A stretch of DNA of 64,000 bases from positions 248,001-312,000 of the forward strand of contig NIVC01001201.1 of assembly GCA_002269645.1 (NCBI GenBank). The letters run 5' to 3'. The DNA is from Macrostomum lignano. Its lineage: Eukaryota. The stretch's first letter is position 1. Each line of letters opens with the position of its first letter. Positions 48,835 to 60,935 of the stretch are shown piece by piece. The notes under the pieces are model-generated. The model saw only the letters and a program-made list of their open reading frames with translations. It was not told where the DNA came from and searched no databases. The position numbers and the translations under genes are program-made.

Positions 48835-49793
48835 GACCCACTGAATAGCTGGGGAGCACTCCATGACCCACTGAATAACTGGGGAGCACTCCACGACCCA
48901 CTGAATAACTGGGGAGCACTCCACGACCCACTGAATAACTGGGGAGCACTCCACGACCCACTGAATAACTGGGGAGCACTCCATGACCTACTGAATAGCC
49001 GTGAAGCACCGATGACCCACTGAATAGCTGGGGAGCACTCCATGACCCACTGAATAGCTGGGGAGTACTCCACGACCCACTGAATAGCTAGGGAGCACTC
49101 CATGACCCACTGAATAAGCTGGGGAGCACTCCATAACGCACTGAATAGCTGAGGAGCACTCCATGACTCACTGAATAGCTGGGGAGCACTCCATAACGCA
49201 CTGAATAGCTGAGGAGCACTCCATGACTCACTGAATAGCTGGGGAGCACTCCATGACTCACTGAATAGCTGGGGAGCACTCCATAACGCACTGAATAGCT
49301 GAGGAGCACTCCACGACCCACTGAATAGCCGTGAAGCACCGATGACCCACTGAATAGCTGGGGAGCACTCCATAACGCACTGAATAGCTGAGGAGCACTC
49401 CACGACCCACTGAATAGCCGTGAAGCACCGATGACCCACTGAATAGCTGGGGAGCACTCCATGACCCACTGAATAGCTGGGGAGCACTCCATGACCCACT
49501 GAATAGCTGGGGAGCACTACATGACCCACTGAATAGCTGGGGAGCACTCCATGACCCACTGAATAGCTGGGGAGCACTCCATGACCCACTGAATAGCTGG
49601 GGAGCACTCCATGACCCACTGAATAGCTGAGGAGCACTCCATGACCCACTGAATAGCCGTGGAGCACTCCATGACCCACTGAATAGCTGGGTCATGGAGT
49701 GCTCCATGACCCACTGAATAGCTGGGGAGCACTCCATGACCCACTGAATAGCTGGGGAGCACTCCATGACCCACTGAATAGCCGTGGAGCACC
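48835..49793 (+). repeat. 30-bp minisatellite CCACTGAATAGCTGGGGAGCACTCCATGAC, ~32 copies
   Basis: Directly visible, with GCCGTGAAGCACCGAT and ATAACGCA variants. Confidence 0.96.
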
Positions 49794-50102
49794 TAGAGTC
49801 GCGACTTTCCTAGTCATTTCTTAGTTCACCTTCACTTGTCTCTGTTTACTCTGTTTTCTCTCTCTCTCTGTCTAGCTCAATCTTGTTATTCTTATCTGTC
49901 TCCCTCGCCGCCTTCTGATTGGCTCTCCAGTCTCGCCTCTCTCTTCAGTCGCGCACTCCACCCCCCTCTCTTTATTATCTGCAATTCAACCCCCCAAGTT
50001 AATGTTTGGTATAAATATATCGGTTTGGGTCCTGCGCCCACTTACTGCTCCAATTTAACTCCAATTAAATAGTCTTAAGTTTAGTTTTTGTATTTTCTCT
50101 AC

Positions 50103-50282
50103 AGCTGGGGAGCACTCCATAACCCACTGAATAGCTGGGGAGCACTCCATAACCCACTGAATAGCTGGGGAGCACTCCATAACCCACTGAATAGCTGGGG
50201 AGCACTCCATAACCCACTGAATAGCTGGGGAGCACTCCATAACCCACTGAATAGCTGGGGAGCAGCACCCCACGACCCACTG
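50103..50282 (+). repeat. Second block of the same 30-bp minisatellite, ~6 copies
   Basis: Same unit as 48835-49793, separated from it by ~300 bp of unique sequence. Confidence 0.93.
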
Positions 50283-50352
50283 GATTCCTAAGGAGCCGTG
50301 ACCTGCATAAGGAAGAGTCAATGCAGCGCACTGGCGGTTATTCCAATTCAAC

Positions 50353-51856
50353 TCATCGAAAACCCAGCAGCTGCTCGGCCAATGGCTGCTCGCCGGCCCC
50401 TGCCGCCTCCTTCTGCTCCTGGATTGCTTGATAGTCCGCCGGCCTGTCCGTGTAGAAGGCCACCTCGTTGATGCCGATGCACTTGTACCAGCTGTCGCTC
50501 CTCCACTTGATCACCTGCCGGTTGTGCAGCCCACTATTCTTCCTCTGGAACGACTGAACAGAAGGCAGAAACATTGGGGATCTGAGTGAGTTTTGAGTTA
50601 CTTGTAAGGGATATAGGTTGAAACCACCTCTGACAAAAGCACGGGATGGGAAAACTTATTAACTTAGATGTGACTGACACAAACACAGATTGGACTGACA
50701 CAAACACAGATCAGACTGACACAAACAAAGGTCGGACTGACACAAACACTAATGTTACTGGGAGCCAGCCGCAACCTCACCTTGATGCACTCGCTAATGA
50801 ACAAGGAGCAATTATTCCTGAAATTGTAGGTGTCTAACTCGCCACCAAACTCCAGCATCTCGTCGGCCAGGCTCTTCATCACTAACAGCTTAGCAACGGA
50901 GGTTCTCTTGGTGCTGGTCGGCAGAGAGCTCGGGTAGCTCCCGTTGTCGATGGGGTAGATGCCAAAAAGGATCCTGAAGCTGCTGTTCAGGGCGAACCTG
51001 TGGGTGAAGTTGTGCGCCAGGTAGTGGAACTGGCTCACCCCGCTCTTCAGGGCGGGCTCGCCCAGCTGCACGAACAGCACCACCTTGTACAGCGTGCGGC
51101 TGATCTCGTGACCCTGAATGAACTGGTCGAAGTTCTTGCTGTTCAGCATCACCACCGAGGACCAGATTTTGAACGTCAGCTCGCTTGGGGCTACTCGCGA
51201 CTCCAACTGCATTGTCGGACTGTGCGGATGGCTGCAGCAAATGTCCTTTCCTCCAGATGATGTTCAGCCACCAGATCTGCCGCTGAGCTCATCAGTTCTT
51301 TTGATTATTTGTCTATGGCCATTGAGTCCGTCAGTCAGAACAAGGTTAAAAATTTAATCAACTTCCGCGCCAAGAATTCCCAGTCGCTGGGAGCTTTGGG
51401 CTGCTTCTGCCCAAAAGAAGACCCGCCGTCAGCGAGGAGGCCCAGCATTCGTGCTCATTCCTCTGTTTAGAATAATTGGTGGTAACTGCTGTATTTTCTG
51501 CCTCCGTCCGTGCGGACCGCAGACGGGGTGATCAGGGGTTCGGGTACTGGACTGCCCAGAGCTTGCCGGGTGGGATAGGCGAGAGAGAGTGGCGACCCCC
51601 GAGGCGTACGGACACTTCGAGGTGGAAGTGGAGAGTCTGGGAGCGTACAGACACTCGGCCAGCCCCACGGAGAGAGGGAGATGCAGATGATGAGGCTGTG
51701 AGCAGGTAGCCACTTAGCAGCAGCAGAGGTGAGCACGGGTACAGACACTTCGCAGACCCGAAGGAAGACGGTGGCGAGAAAAGTGGATAATGGAGACGGG
51801 ATAGATTAACGAAAACGAACACTGTCTTACCGGGCGGGGTCACTTGTCGCGCTCAT
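50353..51856 (-). CDS. Uncharacterised protein with a probable redox-inactive thioredoxin-like fold; gene model partial
   Basis: Exons 51231-50781 and 50553-50353 join in phase 0 (AAG|GTGAGG ... TTCAG|TCG) and have GC3-rich codons like neighbouring genes. Candidate upstream exon 51856-51831 (MSATSDPA, phase 2, CG|GTAAGA) matches the phase-2 acceptor. VVMLNSKNFDQFI..KVVLFV..FHYLAHNF..ILFG resembles a Trx beta1-alpha1-beta2-alpha2-beta3 pattern without CxxC. Confidence 0.5.
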
Positions 51857-51864
51857 GCAGGCGT

Positions 51865-51995
51865 GGCCTCTAATATTTCCACCAGTGAACGAGCCGAGCC
51901 CGAGGGGCCGAGGGCGAGTGAATAATTTCTACCCATGGCGGCCGAAGGCCGACATGGGCTAGAAAGTATTTACGAGTAAATAAGTTACGAGCTAG
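51865..51995. mobile_element. Hairpin-rich terminus of a probable non-autonomous DNA element
   Basis: TTCTACCCATGGCGGCC-GAA-GGCCGACATGGGCTAGAA stem-loop at 51927-51964, preceded by GCCGAGCCCGAGGGGCCGAGGGCG. Confidence 0.45.
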
Positions 51996-53099
51996 ACTCT
52001 AATGCATTTTGAAATTTCACGTTTTTTCGCCAAAAATGCTCCTGTTTTGCAGCCACTGCTCCGATTGAGTTGAGTGAGGTGTCGATCGATAGAAAACTTT
52101 TAGATCTATCGAATGAATATACTTTTAAGTGCAGAGATTTTTATACTAAGCCGTTATTTAGCTGGAAAGACGATTTTTTCAAAAGTGCTTCTAGGAGATC
52201 TCAAAATTCTGGTACACCTTACGAGATACGGCTTCGACATCTGAGGATCAAAGTTGTCAAACTAAATTTTCTACAAAATGGTATATGGCACTTTAATTTA
52301 TTTCGGCGTCTTTATGCAGTTTTGGTGGGTTTTTTGGGTAAAAAAATGACCTTCATTTTATTATTTCGCCAATTTTTCCTACGAAGCTTTTTGCATTTGG
52401 GCTTCAAAGCAGTGCAATTGGATGCGCAATGCAAAAATCTACAAGTGTCTAAAGTTTTGTTTCCCTACGATTCTGCAGTGCTGAGAAAATCGACAAAAAT
52501 CGATTTTTCAAAAAATCACATGACTTTCGCATTATTGCTCATTATAATTTTGAGAACATGGTGCGAATAAGCCGATTTCGAATTTCTATAGCATAGTTGC
52601 TGTACTATATTGGTTTAAATTGCCGCCGTCTGATTTTGCTGCTTTCGGGTTGAAAAATCGATCAGAAATCGATAATTTGTGATTTTTGGCTGATTGGGTG
52701 CCATAAAAATGGGTGATTAAATTTTTTTTAAAGTGTAGTGCATGCGCCCTTGTCAGTTGGCAGGGCGCGTTGCACTTTGGGGCTGGTTGGGGGGGTTGGC
52801 GGGCGTGGCAGGGTTTGGCCGCCGGCCGGGCTTTGCGCGTGCCCCTCCCCAGCCGTGCCCCTGCCCCGTGCTCAGGGCTGGTTGGCTGCGGCCGGGCCAG
52901 CTTTGGCGCGGGTGCTGCCCCTCCCCCCTTAGGCGGGGTTTTGATTGGCTGGGCCGGCGTGGTTTGTTTTGGTGAGCTTAGCCGGTGGGGCCGTCTGCCC
53001 CAGGGTTTGGGTGCTATTTATGGTGCGACTCTGGCTCTTGCCCACCACCTGCGTGCCTTTTGTGTTTTGGTGTGCTCCGAGAGTGCAAGCGCGAGACCT

Positions 53100-53173
53100 G
53101 ATAAAAGAAACAGCAACATTAGCTACTTCGATAAAAGAAACAGCAACATTAGCTACTTCGATAAAAGAAACAC
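53100..53173 (+). repeat. 30-bp direct repeat GATAAAAGAAACAGCAACATTAGCTACTTC, ~2.4 copies
   Basis: Directly visible. Confidence 0.85.
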
Positions 53174-53579
53174 AATAGCCTAATCGAGAAGAGTCTTGGA
53201 GAATTAAGAAGAAGTCGGAAACTGCGCTTGAGACCTGCGAATAATAAACGGTGAACAGTCATCTGGCCACTGGTAAGCCGCCTGCTGTTTGAGTCCTTTC
53301 TTTTCGGGAAGCTTGCTAGGCCGAATTCTTGCCAGAGCGTCATAACGCCGGGAGACCATATAGCTTCTGTAGTACGGTACCGTTTACCATATATATTGCG
53401 TACGCCCTACGGTATAGAGAATAGAAGCACTCGAGAGTGTCACCACACCTCGAGCCGCAGCGTGAACTCTGAGTGTCACAACACCAGAGGGATCGAATTA
53501 TTATCGCAGAGCGTCGCCACGCCTGCTCGTCGTATTCATAAAAGTACAGACAGAGCGTCACAACGCCTGTTATATCACA

Positions 53580-53718
53580 TCTCTACATAAAACTAAAACC
53601 GACGCGATGTTTGTCTGTCTGTCTGTATGCATTAAGTGAACTCCTACAATTCTGCCAAGTCAGCGTCGAAACTTATATGGGAAAACTGCAAATTTTCCGG
53701 AGCAGGCTTTAGGCTATT
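53580..53718 (+). mobile_element. Helitron-like 5' terminus of a related subfamily (A|TCTCTACATAAAAC...GTTTGTCTGTCTGTCTGT)
   Basis: TC start preceded by A, then an A-rich stretch and a short (TGTC)n; the first 9 nt match the start of the 56572 copy. Confidence 0.5.
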
Positions 53719-55687
53719 TCTACATATAAAAATCAAAACTCTGTGTGTGTGTGTGTGTGTGGACAATTTTGATCGCTATGGACTCCCAAACTGCTCAACC
53801 AAATGACACCAAACTTTACACCCACCCTAAACTTACTACGGAGAATGTCTTAGGCTACCTTTAAATTTCCTAGACTCAAGTCTTCCTACCTAAAAGTACA
53901 AAAAACTGCTCAAAATGCGCGATTTTTTCACTTAATCCTCCATAGCGCCGCTCCACTTCTACCGATTCTCTTCAAATTTGACACAGATAATCTTAAACTA
54001 TTTTGGCACAATCATGTAAACTTTTGAGTCTCAAAGTTAATCCTGAGCGGTGCTGTGCACTTTTAAAGTTAGGCTGTTTTTTTCAGCGTAGCAACCACCC
54101 CAACCTCCGCCCGCCTGCCTCTCTTTCCCGATCTGGGCCCAGATGTGTAAAAGGGTTTCAAATTTGACTAACTTTCAGCTGCCATAAGTTTGCTTCACGT
54201 GAAGCGATTGACTTCAAATTTGACACAATTCTTCATTGACTCATTCTCTGCCTACATGTAAAGTTTCAACTCTGTAACTCAACCAAAAAAGAAACTGTAA
54301 GCATGTGAAGTTTGTCTGCTTTTTCTGTTGTTTGCCGCTCATCCAACTCATTCCCCCAGACGAAGGATCAGGCGATAGGGCTCAATGTACATAGCGAGTG
54401 TACAGTGTTTTGGAATAACTTTTTAATAGCCTTCTCTGTACCCCCGCGAGTGGAGAGGCGTTGAGAGAAGAGAGTTTAGCGAGAGATTCAATCTACTGTC
54501 CTCTGTATAGACAAGTCGCAGCAGTTAAACAAGGATGGCAAATCAAAGCGATGTGGGATGGTTTATAAAAATAGCGAAAAATTAATGAATAACTGATTAC
54601 AATGCAATCCTATTAAATTAGTTACACCATGAAAATTTTAACATTAAGATTCGCATAAGGTAACTTTAAAATTTAAATGGCCTCCTAAGAAATGCGTATT
54701 TCCTTGGTTGTTAGACTGGTGCAGACTGTGGTGGTGGAGCTGGAGAATGGAGATACACAAATTCCTCTCAGGGCTGCTAATTGGCCAGAAAGATGACGTG
54801 ATTAAAGCATGAGAAATGATAACAACCATGATAGTACTACGTTCCATGATAGTACTTTCGAAGCAGGGATTGGCAGATTTTTATCTCAAAGGCCAGATAA
54901 AGAATCCAGCTCATGGCTGCGGGCCAGATGAGAGTGAAAAGGAAAAGTGGTGAGGAGAGAGCAGAGAAGAAGGGAGGAAGAAGCGAGAGGAGGGGAGAAA
55001 GGAGGGAGAGGAAAGAGTAAAGCTGAGAAGAGGGGAGAGATGAGACAGAGGATCGATGAGAGAGGAGAGTAGAGAAGATTGAGAAGAGAGTAGAGATGAG
55101 AGAGCAGAAAGAAGATGACAGAGGGTCAAGAGGAGAGGAGAGATTAGAGAGGAGAGAGTAGAAAGGATAGAGAAGAGAGGAGATAAGAGGGGGAGAGAGG
55201 AGTGAGAAGAGAAGAGATAGAGATAAGAGAGTGGTGAAAGAAGAGGGGAGAAAGGAGAGATGAGAGAGTAAAGGGAAGAGGAGGAGAGAGGAAAGAGATG
55301 AGATTGTAGAGATGAGACAGATGAAAGAAGAGATGAGAGATGAAAAAGGTGAGAGGAGAGTGCAGAGAGACGAGAGAAGATAATAGAGGAGAGAGAGTAT
55401 AGTAGAGGGAAGAGAAAAGAAGAAAGGAGTAAGGAAAGATAGGAGTCAGAAGAGGTGAAAGAGAAGAGTACAGAGGAGATAAGTGAGAGAACGTATAAGA
55501 GAGTAAAGATGACAGATGAGAGAGCAGATTAACAGACGAGAGATGGGAGAGTAGAGAGAACAGAGGAGAGATTAGAGAGAAGAGATTACAGAGACTAGAG
55601 GAGAGAGGAGAGACAGGGAGAGAGAAGAGGAAGTAGGAGAATGAAGAGGGGAGAGAGTAGAGAGGAGAAGAGAGATGGGAGTGGAGA

Positions 55688-55746
<59 letters not shown>

Positions 55747-56571
55747 CAGAGCAGAGAGAAACGAGAAGAGATAAGAGAGAAAAGATAAAAGAAGAGAAAG
55801 GAGAGATGAAAGAGCGGACGAGAGAGAAGAGAGGTGAGGGAAGAGACGAGCGACGAGGGGAGAGAGAAGAGATAAAACAAGAAAAGAGATGAGAGGAAAG
55901 AGGTGAGGGAAGAGACGAGAGAAGAGGGGAGAGAGAAGAGATAAAACAAGAAAAGAGATGAGAGGAAAGAGAGAGAGGAAAGAGGTGAGGGAAGAGACGA
56001 GAGAAGAGGGAGAGAGGAAAGAGTAGAGAGGAGAGATGAGAGAGTAGAGGAGAGAGTTAAGAGAAGAGAGAAAAGAATAGAAAGGAGAAGGAATATGAGA
56101 GAAGAGGGGGTGAGAGGAGAGAGGAGAGGAGAGAGAAAAGAAGAGACAAGAGATGAGATAAGAGAGATGAAAGAGAAGAGAGATGAGGGAAGATACGAGA
56201 GAAAAGGGGAGAGAGGAGAGAGGAGAGACGAGAGACGAGGGACGAGAGAGATGAGAGGAAACAAAGAGACGATAAAAATTTTAAAGGATCCAAGGGACGT
56301 AGGGAGAGTCAGGGAGAGACCAGAGTTTAGCAATATATGTTTTAGAGTCAGACAGACATTGCCTGACATTCTGCGCAGTACCCCAGCCAACAATGTCTCA
56401 AACCCTAATTTTACACGAATGTGCTCCATTTTATGTCTACCTCTATCCTACTAACTATTAACAAGTTTTTGTTTGTGTATGGCATGGAGGGAGCATGCAT
56501 AGAATACATGCAAAAGTAGTTCCGGGTATTGGAATTCCCCGGGTTCAAAATCCGCGGGTTTCAACAGCTTG
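53719..56571 (+). mobile_element. Non-autonomous Helitron-like element, copy 1 (2.85 kb)
   Basis: Starts TCTACATATAAAAATCAAAACTCTGTGTG and ends with a GC-rich hairpin CCCCGGGTTCAAAATCCGCGGG followed by TTTCAACAGCTTG. About 1.2 kb of 5' sequence and the 3' end are homologous to 56572-59327. No RepHel ORF. Confidence 0.7.
54930..56275 (+). repeat. Polypurine (GA-rich) low-complexity tract inside Helitron-like copy 1
   Basis: Almost entirely G/A on +, including (GA)n at ~55690-55740. Confidence 0.95.
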
Positions 56572-59327
56572 TCTCTACATATAAAAATCAAAACTCTGTG
56601 TGTGGACAATTTTGATCGCTATGGACTCCCAAACCGCTCAACCAAATTACACCAAACTTTACACCCACCCTAAACTTACTACGGAGAATGTCTTAGGCTA
56701 CCTTTTAATTTCCTAAATTTGAGTCTTCCTACCTAAAAGTGCAAAAAACTGCTCAAAATGCGCAATTTTTTCACTAAATCCTCCATAGCGCCGCTCCACT
56801 TCTACCGATTCTCTTCAAATTTGACACAGACAATTTTCAACTATTTTGGCACAATCATGTAAAATTTAGAGTCTGAAAGTTAATCCTGAACGGCGCTGTG
56901 CACTTTTAAAGTTTGGCTGTTTTTTTCAGCGAGGCAGCCACCCCAACCTCCGCCCGCCTGCCTCTCTTTCCCGATCTGGGCAAAGGGTGTGAGTAGGTTT
57001 TAAAATGCCTAACTTTCGGCTGCCATAGTTTTGCTCCACGTGAAGCGATTGACTTCAAATTTGACACAATTCTTTATTGACTCATTCTCTGTCTACATGT
57101 AAAGTCTCAACTCTGTATCTCAATCAGGACAGAAACTGTAAGCATGTGAATTTTGTCTGCTTTTCTGTTGTTTGTGCCTCTCACTCACTCATTCCCCCAG
57201 CCCAGACGAAGGGTCAGGCGATAGGGCTCAATGTACTTAGCGAATGTACAGTGTTTTGGAATAACTTTTTAATAGCCTTCTCGGCACCCGCGCGCGGAGA
57301 GGCGTGGAGAGGAGAGACAGTTTCAGCGAGAGATTCAAACCACTGTCCTCTGTATAGACAAGTCTGCAGCAGTTTAACAGTGGATGGCAAATCAAGGCGA
57401 TATGGGATGGTTTGTAAAAGCGAAAAATTAATAACTGATTAGTAGTGATTACAATGCAATCCTACTAAATTAGTTACACCATGAAAATTTTAACATTAAG
57501 ATTCGCATAAGGTACTTTAAAATTTAAATGGCTCCTAAGAAATACGTATTTCCTTGGTTGTTAGACTGCTGCAGACTGTGGTGGTGGAGCTGGGCTGGAG
57601 GGAGATACACAAATTCCTCTCAGGGCTGCTAATTGGCCAGAAATATGATGTGATTAAAGCATAACAACCATGAGAGTACTACGTCCCACAAACGCTTTCG
57701 AAGCGGGGATTGGCAGACTTTAACCTCAAATGCCAGATAAAGAATGCAGCTCATGGCTGATGAGATGAGAGTTAAAAGGAGAAGCAATAGACTATAAGAA
57801 GAGAGGAGAAGCGAGAGGAGGATAAGAGAAAAGATAGAAGACAAGAAGAGAGCTGATGAGGTAAGGATAAGGAGTGAGCAGATAATATTGGAGTAAGAAG
57901 CGAGAGGAGAAGAGAGAGAAGAGAGAGGAAAGAGTAGAAGTGAGAAGAGGGAGAGAGAAGATGGGAGAGATGAGACAGGATCGATGACAGAGGAGAGTAG
58001 ACAAGAGTGAGAAGAGAGTAGAGATGAGAGATGAAGGAGGAGAGAGCAGAGTGCAGAAAGGCGAGAGAAGAGAATAGAGGGGAGAGAGTATAGTAGAGAG
58101 AAGAGGAGTAAGGAAAGAGAGGAATCAGAAGAGGGTAAAGAGAAGAGTACACTGAAAATTGGAGAGTACAGATGACAGAAAAGAGAGGGGATGAGAGCGA
58201 ACACGATATCTGAGAGGAAAGAGGAGAGAGGAGTCAGATGAGGGGAAAGAGAAGAGTACAGAGGAGAGAGGTGAGAACATACGAGTATACGAGAGTAAAG
58301 ATGACAGATGAGAGAGGGAAGATAAGACTGAGAGAGCAAAGACGAGAGATGGGAGAGTAGAGAAAAAGGATAGATAAGAAATAAGAGATGAGAGATGAAA
58401 GGTGAGACAAAGGGAGAGAGAGAGAGAGAGAAGTGAGTGAAGAAAGAGGAGGGGAGGGGAGAGAATCGAGAGGACAGGGGAAAGAGGGGAAAGGATGAGA
58501 GAGGGGAGAGGAGAGAGAGGGAGAGATAGAGGTAGAGAGCATGCAGAGAGAAATGAGAAGAGATAAGAGAGAAAAGATAAAAGAAGAGAAAGGAGAGATA
58601 GATAAGAGAGCAAAGACGAGAGAGGAGAGGCGAAGGAAGAGACGATAGAAGAGAGGAGAGGAGAGGAGAGAGACGAGAGAGTACAGAGTACAGAAGAGGG
58701 AGGAGAGGAGAAAGGAGAGAGGAGAAGTGTTCGGAGAGGGTAGAGTAAGGAGTGAGAAGAGGGGAGAGGGAAGAGAGAATAGAGAGCAGAGAGAAGAGAG
58801 TAGAGAGCAGAGAGAAAATAGAGTAGAGAGGAGAGAGAAGAGAGAGTAGAGAGCAGAGGGAAGATAGAATAGAGAGCAGAGAGAAATAGGAAGAGATGAA
58901 ACAGGAGAAAGGGAGAGATAAGAGAGCAGAGAGGAGAGGAGAGGAGAGAAATTATTAAGAGGGAATAGACGAGAGAAGAGGGGATAGAGGAGAGAGAGAA
59001 GAGACCACAGACCAGAGAGAAGAGAGAAAACAGAAGAAAAGGTAAAGATAGAAGTTTCTAAGGATCCAACTTCCAAGGGACACAAGGAGAGGCAGAGGCC
59101 ATGAGTTTGCCTGACATTCTGTGCAGCACCCCAACCAACAATATTAATGTTTGCTTTAAATACTAATTGTACACGAATGTACTCTATTTTATGTTTAACT
59201 CTATCCTAAATTCCTAACTATTAACAAGTTTTTGTTTGTGTATGGCCTTAGATTTCAGAATACATGCAAAAGTAGTTCCGGGTATTGGAATTCCCCGGGT
59301 TCAAAATCCGCGGGTTTCAACAGCTTG
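56572..59327 (+). mobile_element. Non-autonomous Helitron-like element, copy 2 (2.76 kb), head-to-tail with copy 1
   Basis: Begins TCTCTACATATAAAAATCAAAACTC immediately after the CTTG of copy 1. Ends with the identical hairpin and CAGCTTG followed by T. Confidence 0.72.
57760..59050 (+). repeat. Polypurine (GA-rich) tract inside Helitron-like copy 2
   Basis: Homologous to but diverged from the copy 1 tract; shared islands such as GGATCGATGA(G/C)AGAGGAGAGTAGA. Confidence 0.95.
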
Positions 59328-60575
59328 TATAATATATATTGTACTCGGGACTGGGCACCCAAGCCGACCCGGGTCACAACAAAAGGAATGGTAGATCAAA
59401 TGCGGATACTGCAACGTGTTGTACTAATGTCTGGCTAAGATCGACCAAGTTTTTGAGTGTCTGCAACAAGTGCTCATGTGTCAAAAGTGATTGGAAATCG
59501 ATCAGAGTAGTGACTTTTTAATATTTTGCTTGAAATCAGGCAAAATAACGCAATAGGACGGCAATATTTTAATGACGCCTGATTTCCCACATAACGAGGC
59601 ATATTTGTGTGCAATTTCTAGAGATTCGACTCATTGGGAAAAAAATTATCGATAAAAAACTGAAAACTTGACTTTTTACTTTTATGTTAGTTCCGGGGCT
59701 ATTTAAACTGGAAATGGTAGGAATTTTGCACTGAAATCAATGCAGAGTGTTCCATATAGTTAATTTAACAAATTTCTTGAATTTCATAACCATTCGATGT
59801 TTTTTCATGTAAAAAATGCCTTTTTTGCATCGAAATTCATCACATTAAGCTGCATACCGCTTTGCATAATCTGCATTTGCATGCGATTGCTTGCATAGCT
59901 TTGGCGTTAGGCTAAGTTAAGCTGGTTAGAAAGGAAAGGAAAGGAAAGGAAAGGAAGGAATATTCGTACATACAATGTACACACCCGTCCCTTCCAAGTG
60001 GGGTTGTGGCAACGAGAGAGGGCTTGGCGGCTTGGTTTGGAGGGCGTGTAATAGAGCTTCATTTGACTCGCGCACAGACCAAGGGAAATTAGATCGATAA
60101 ACGGGCGTCACGTGATTAAAATTTCGTATTAAATTTAGCTCTTCAACTGCACATTTGAATTGCAAGCCCAGTACAAAGTTTGTCGGGCGCAAGATCCAAG
60201 TCACTACGTGTACAATCCTCCCCCGACTAAAAAGTCAGACGATAAGGCTTCTGAAGTACAGGTATGTACAGTGTTTTGGAAAGACTTTATTTATAGCTTT
60301 CTTTGCAACTCCGTTGGAGAATGAAGAGCATTAGGGTAACTTAAGTGTACTATCTGATTGAGTTGAGAGTACGAGGTTTACGTTTATGTCCCACAAAACT
60401 GGCCTGACTTTCCAAGCACTTAAGCTAGAGGCGAGAGGAGAGGAGATAAGAGACTAGAGAGAGATTAGAGTGGAGAGAAACAGAACAGACAAAGAGAGAA
60501 AATGGGAGAAGTAGAGATTTAAATTTTTATTGAGCTTCTCAAAGTTCTTTTTCATCGGTTCAAAACTAGGTTTAT

Positions 60576-60654
60576 CAAGTAGTATGAAGACCCACGTCTA
60601 AAAAGAAGCCCGTTCACTGGTGGCAAAAAGACGTGTGCGTCTTCATACTACTTG
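60576..60654. mobile_element. 79-bp foldback element with 16-bp perfect terminal inverted repeats and apparent TTTAT direct repeats
   Basis: CAAGTAGTATGAAGAC ... GTCTTCATACTACTTG; TTTAT at 60571-60575 and 60655-60659. Confidence 0.55.
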
Positions 60655-60849
60655 TTTATTCTGCTCAAGCACAAAGTTCGTAGTGGTAGAGAGAGAGCAG
60701 GGAGGGCGAGAGTCGGGCGAGGGCCGGGCGCGCACATAAATACTGGGTGAGCACTGAGCAGGGGACTGAGGTGGGTGGGCTTAGCCACGCAGGGCTGGGG
60801 GGTGGGGGCAAAACTCAGAGAGTTGAAGGGCGAGAAAGAAGAAAGGGAA

Positions 60850-60935
60850 GGCTAGCCAATCAGGTGCCTCCGCGGCGAGACACATGATTGGACTAGCCCA
60901 CGCGAGAGAGAGACGAAAAGACGCCAGCCAATGAA
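60850..60935. promoter_or_regulatory. Cluster of three CCAAT (NF-Y-type) boxes ~1.1 kb upstream of the SGSM start codon
   Basis: TAGCCAATCAG (CCAAT 60856), ATTGG (60887), CAGCCAATGA (CCAAT 60928), in GC/GA-rich context. Confidence 0.4.

Noticed and set aside
48706-50351. Periodic ORFs (MECSPAIQWV etc.)
   Set aside because: Translations of the 30-bp minisatellite.
54911-59085. Leu/Ser-rich and Arg/Glu-rich ORFs
   Set aside because: Translations of GA/CT low-complexity tracts inside the Helitron-like units; no Rep or helicase motifs.
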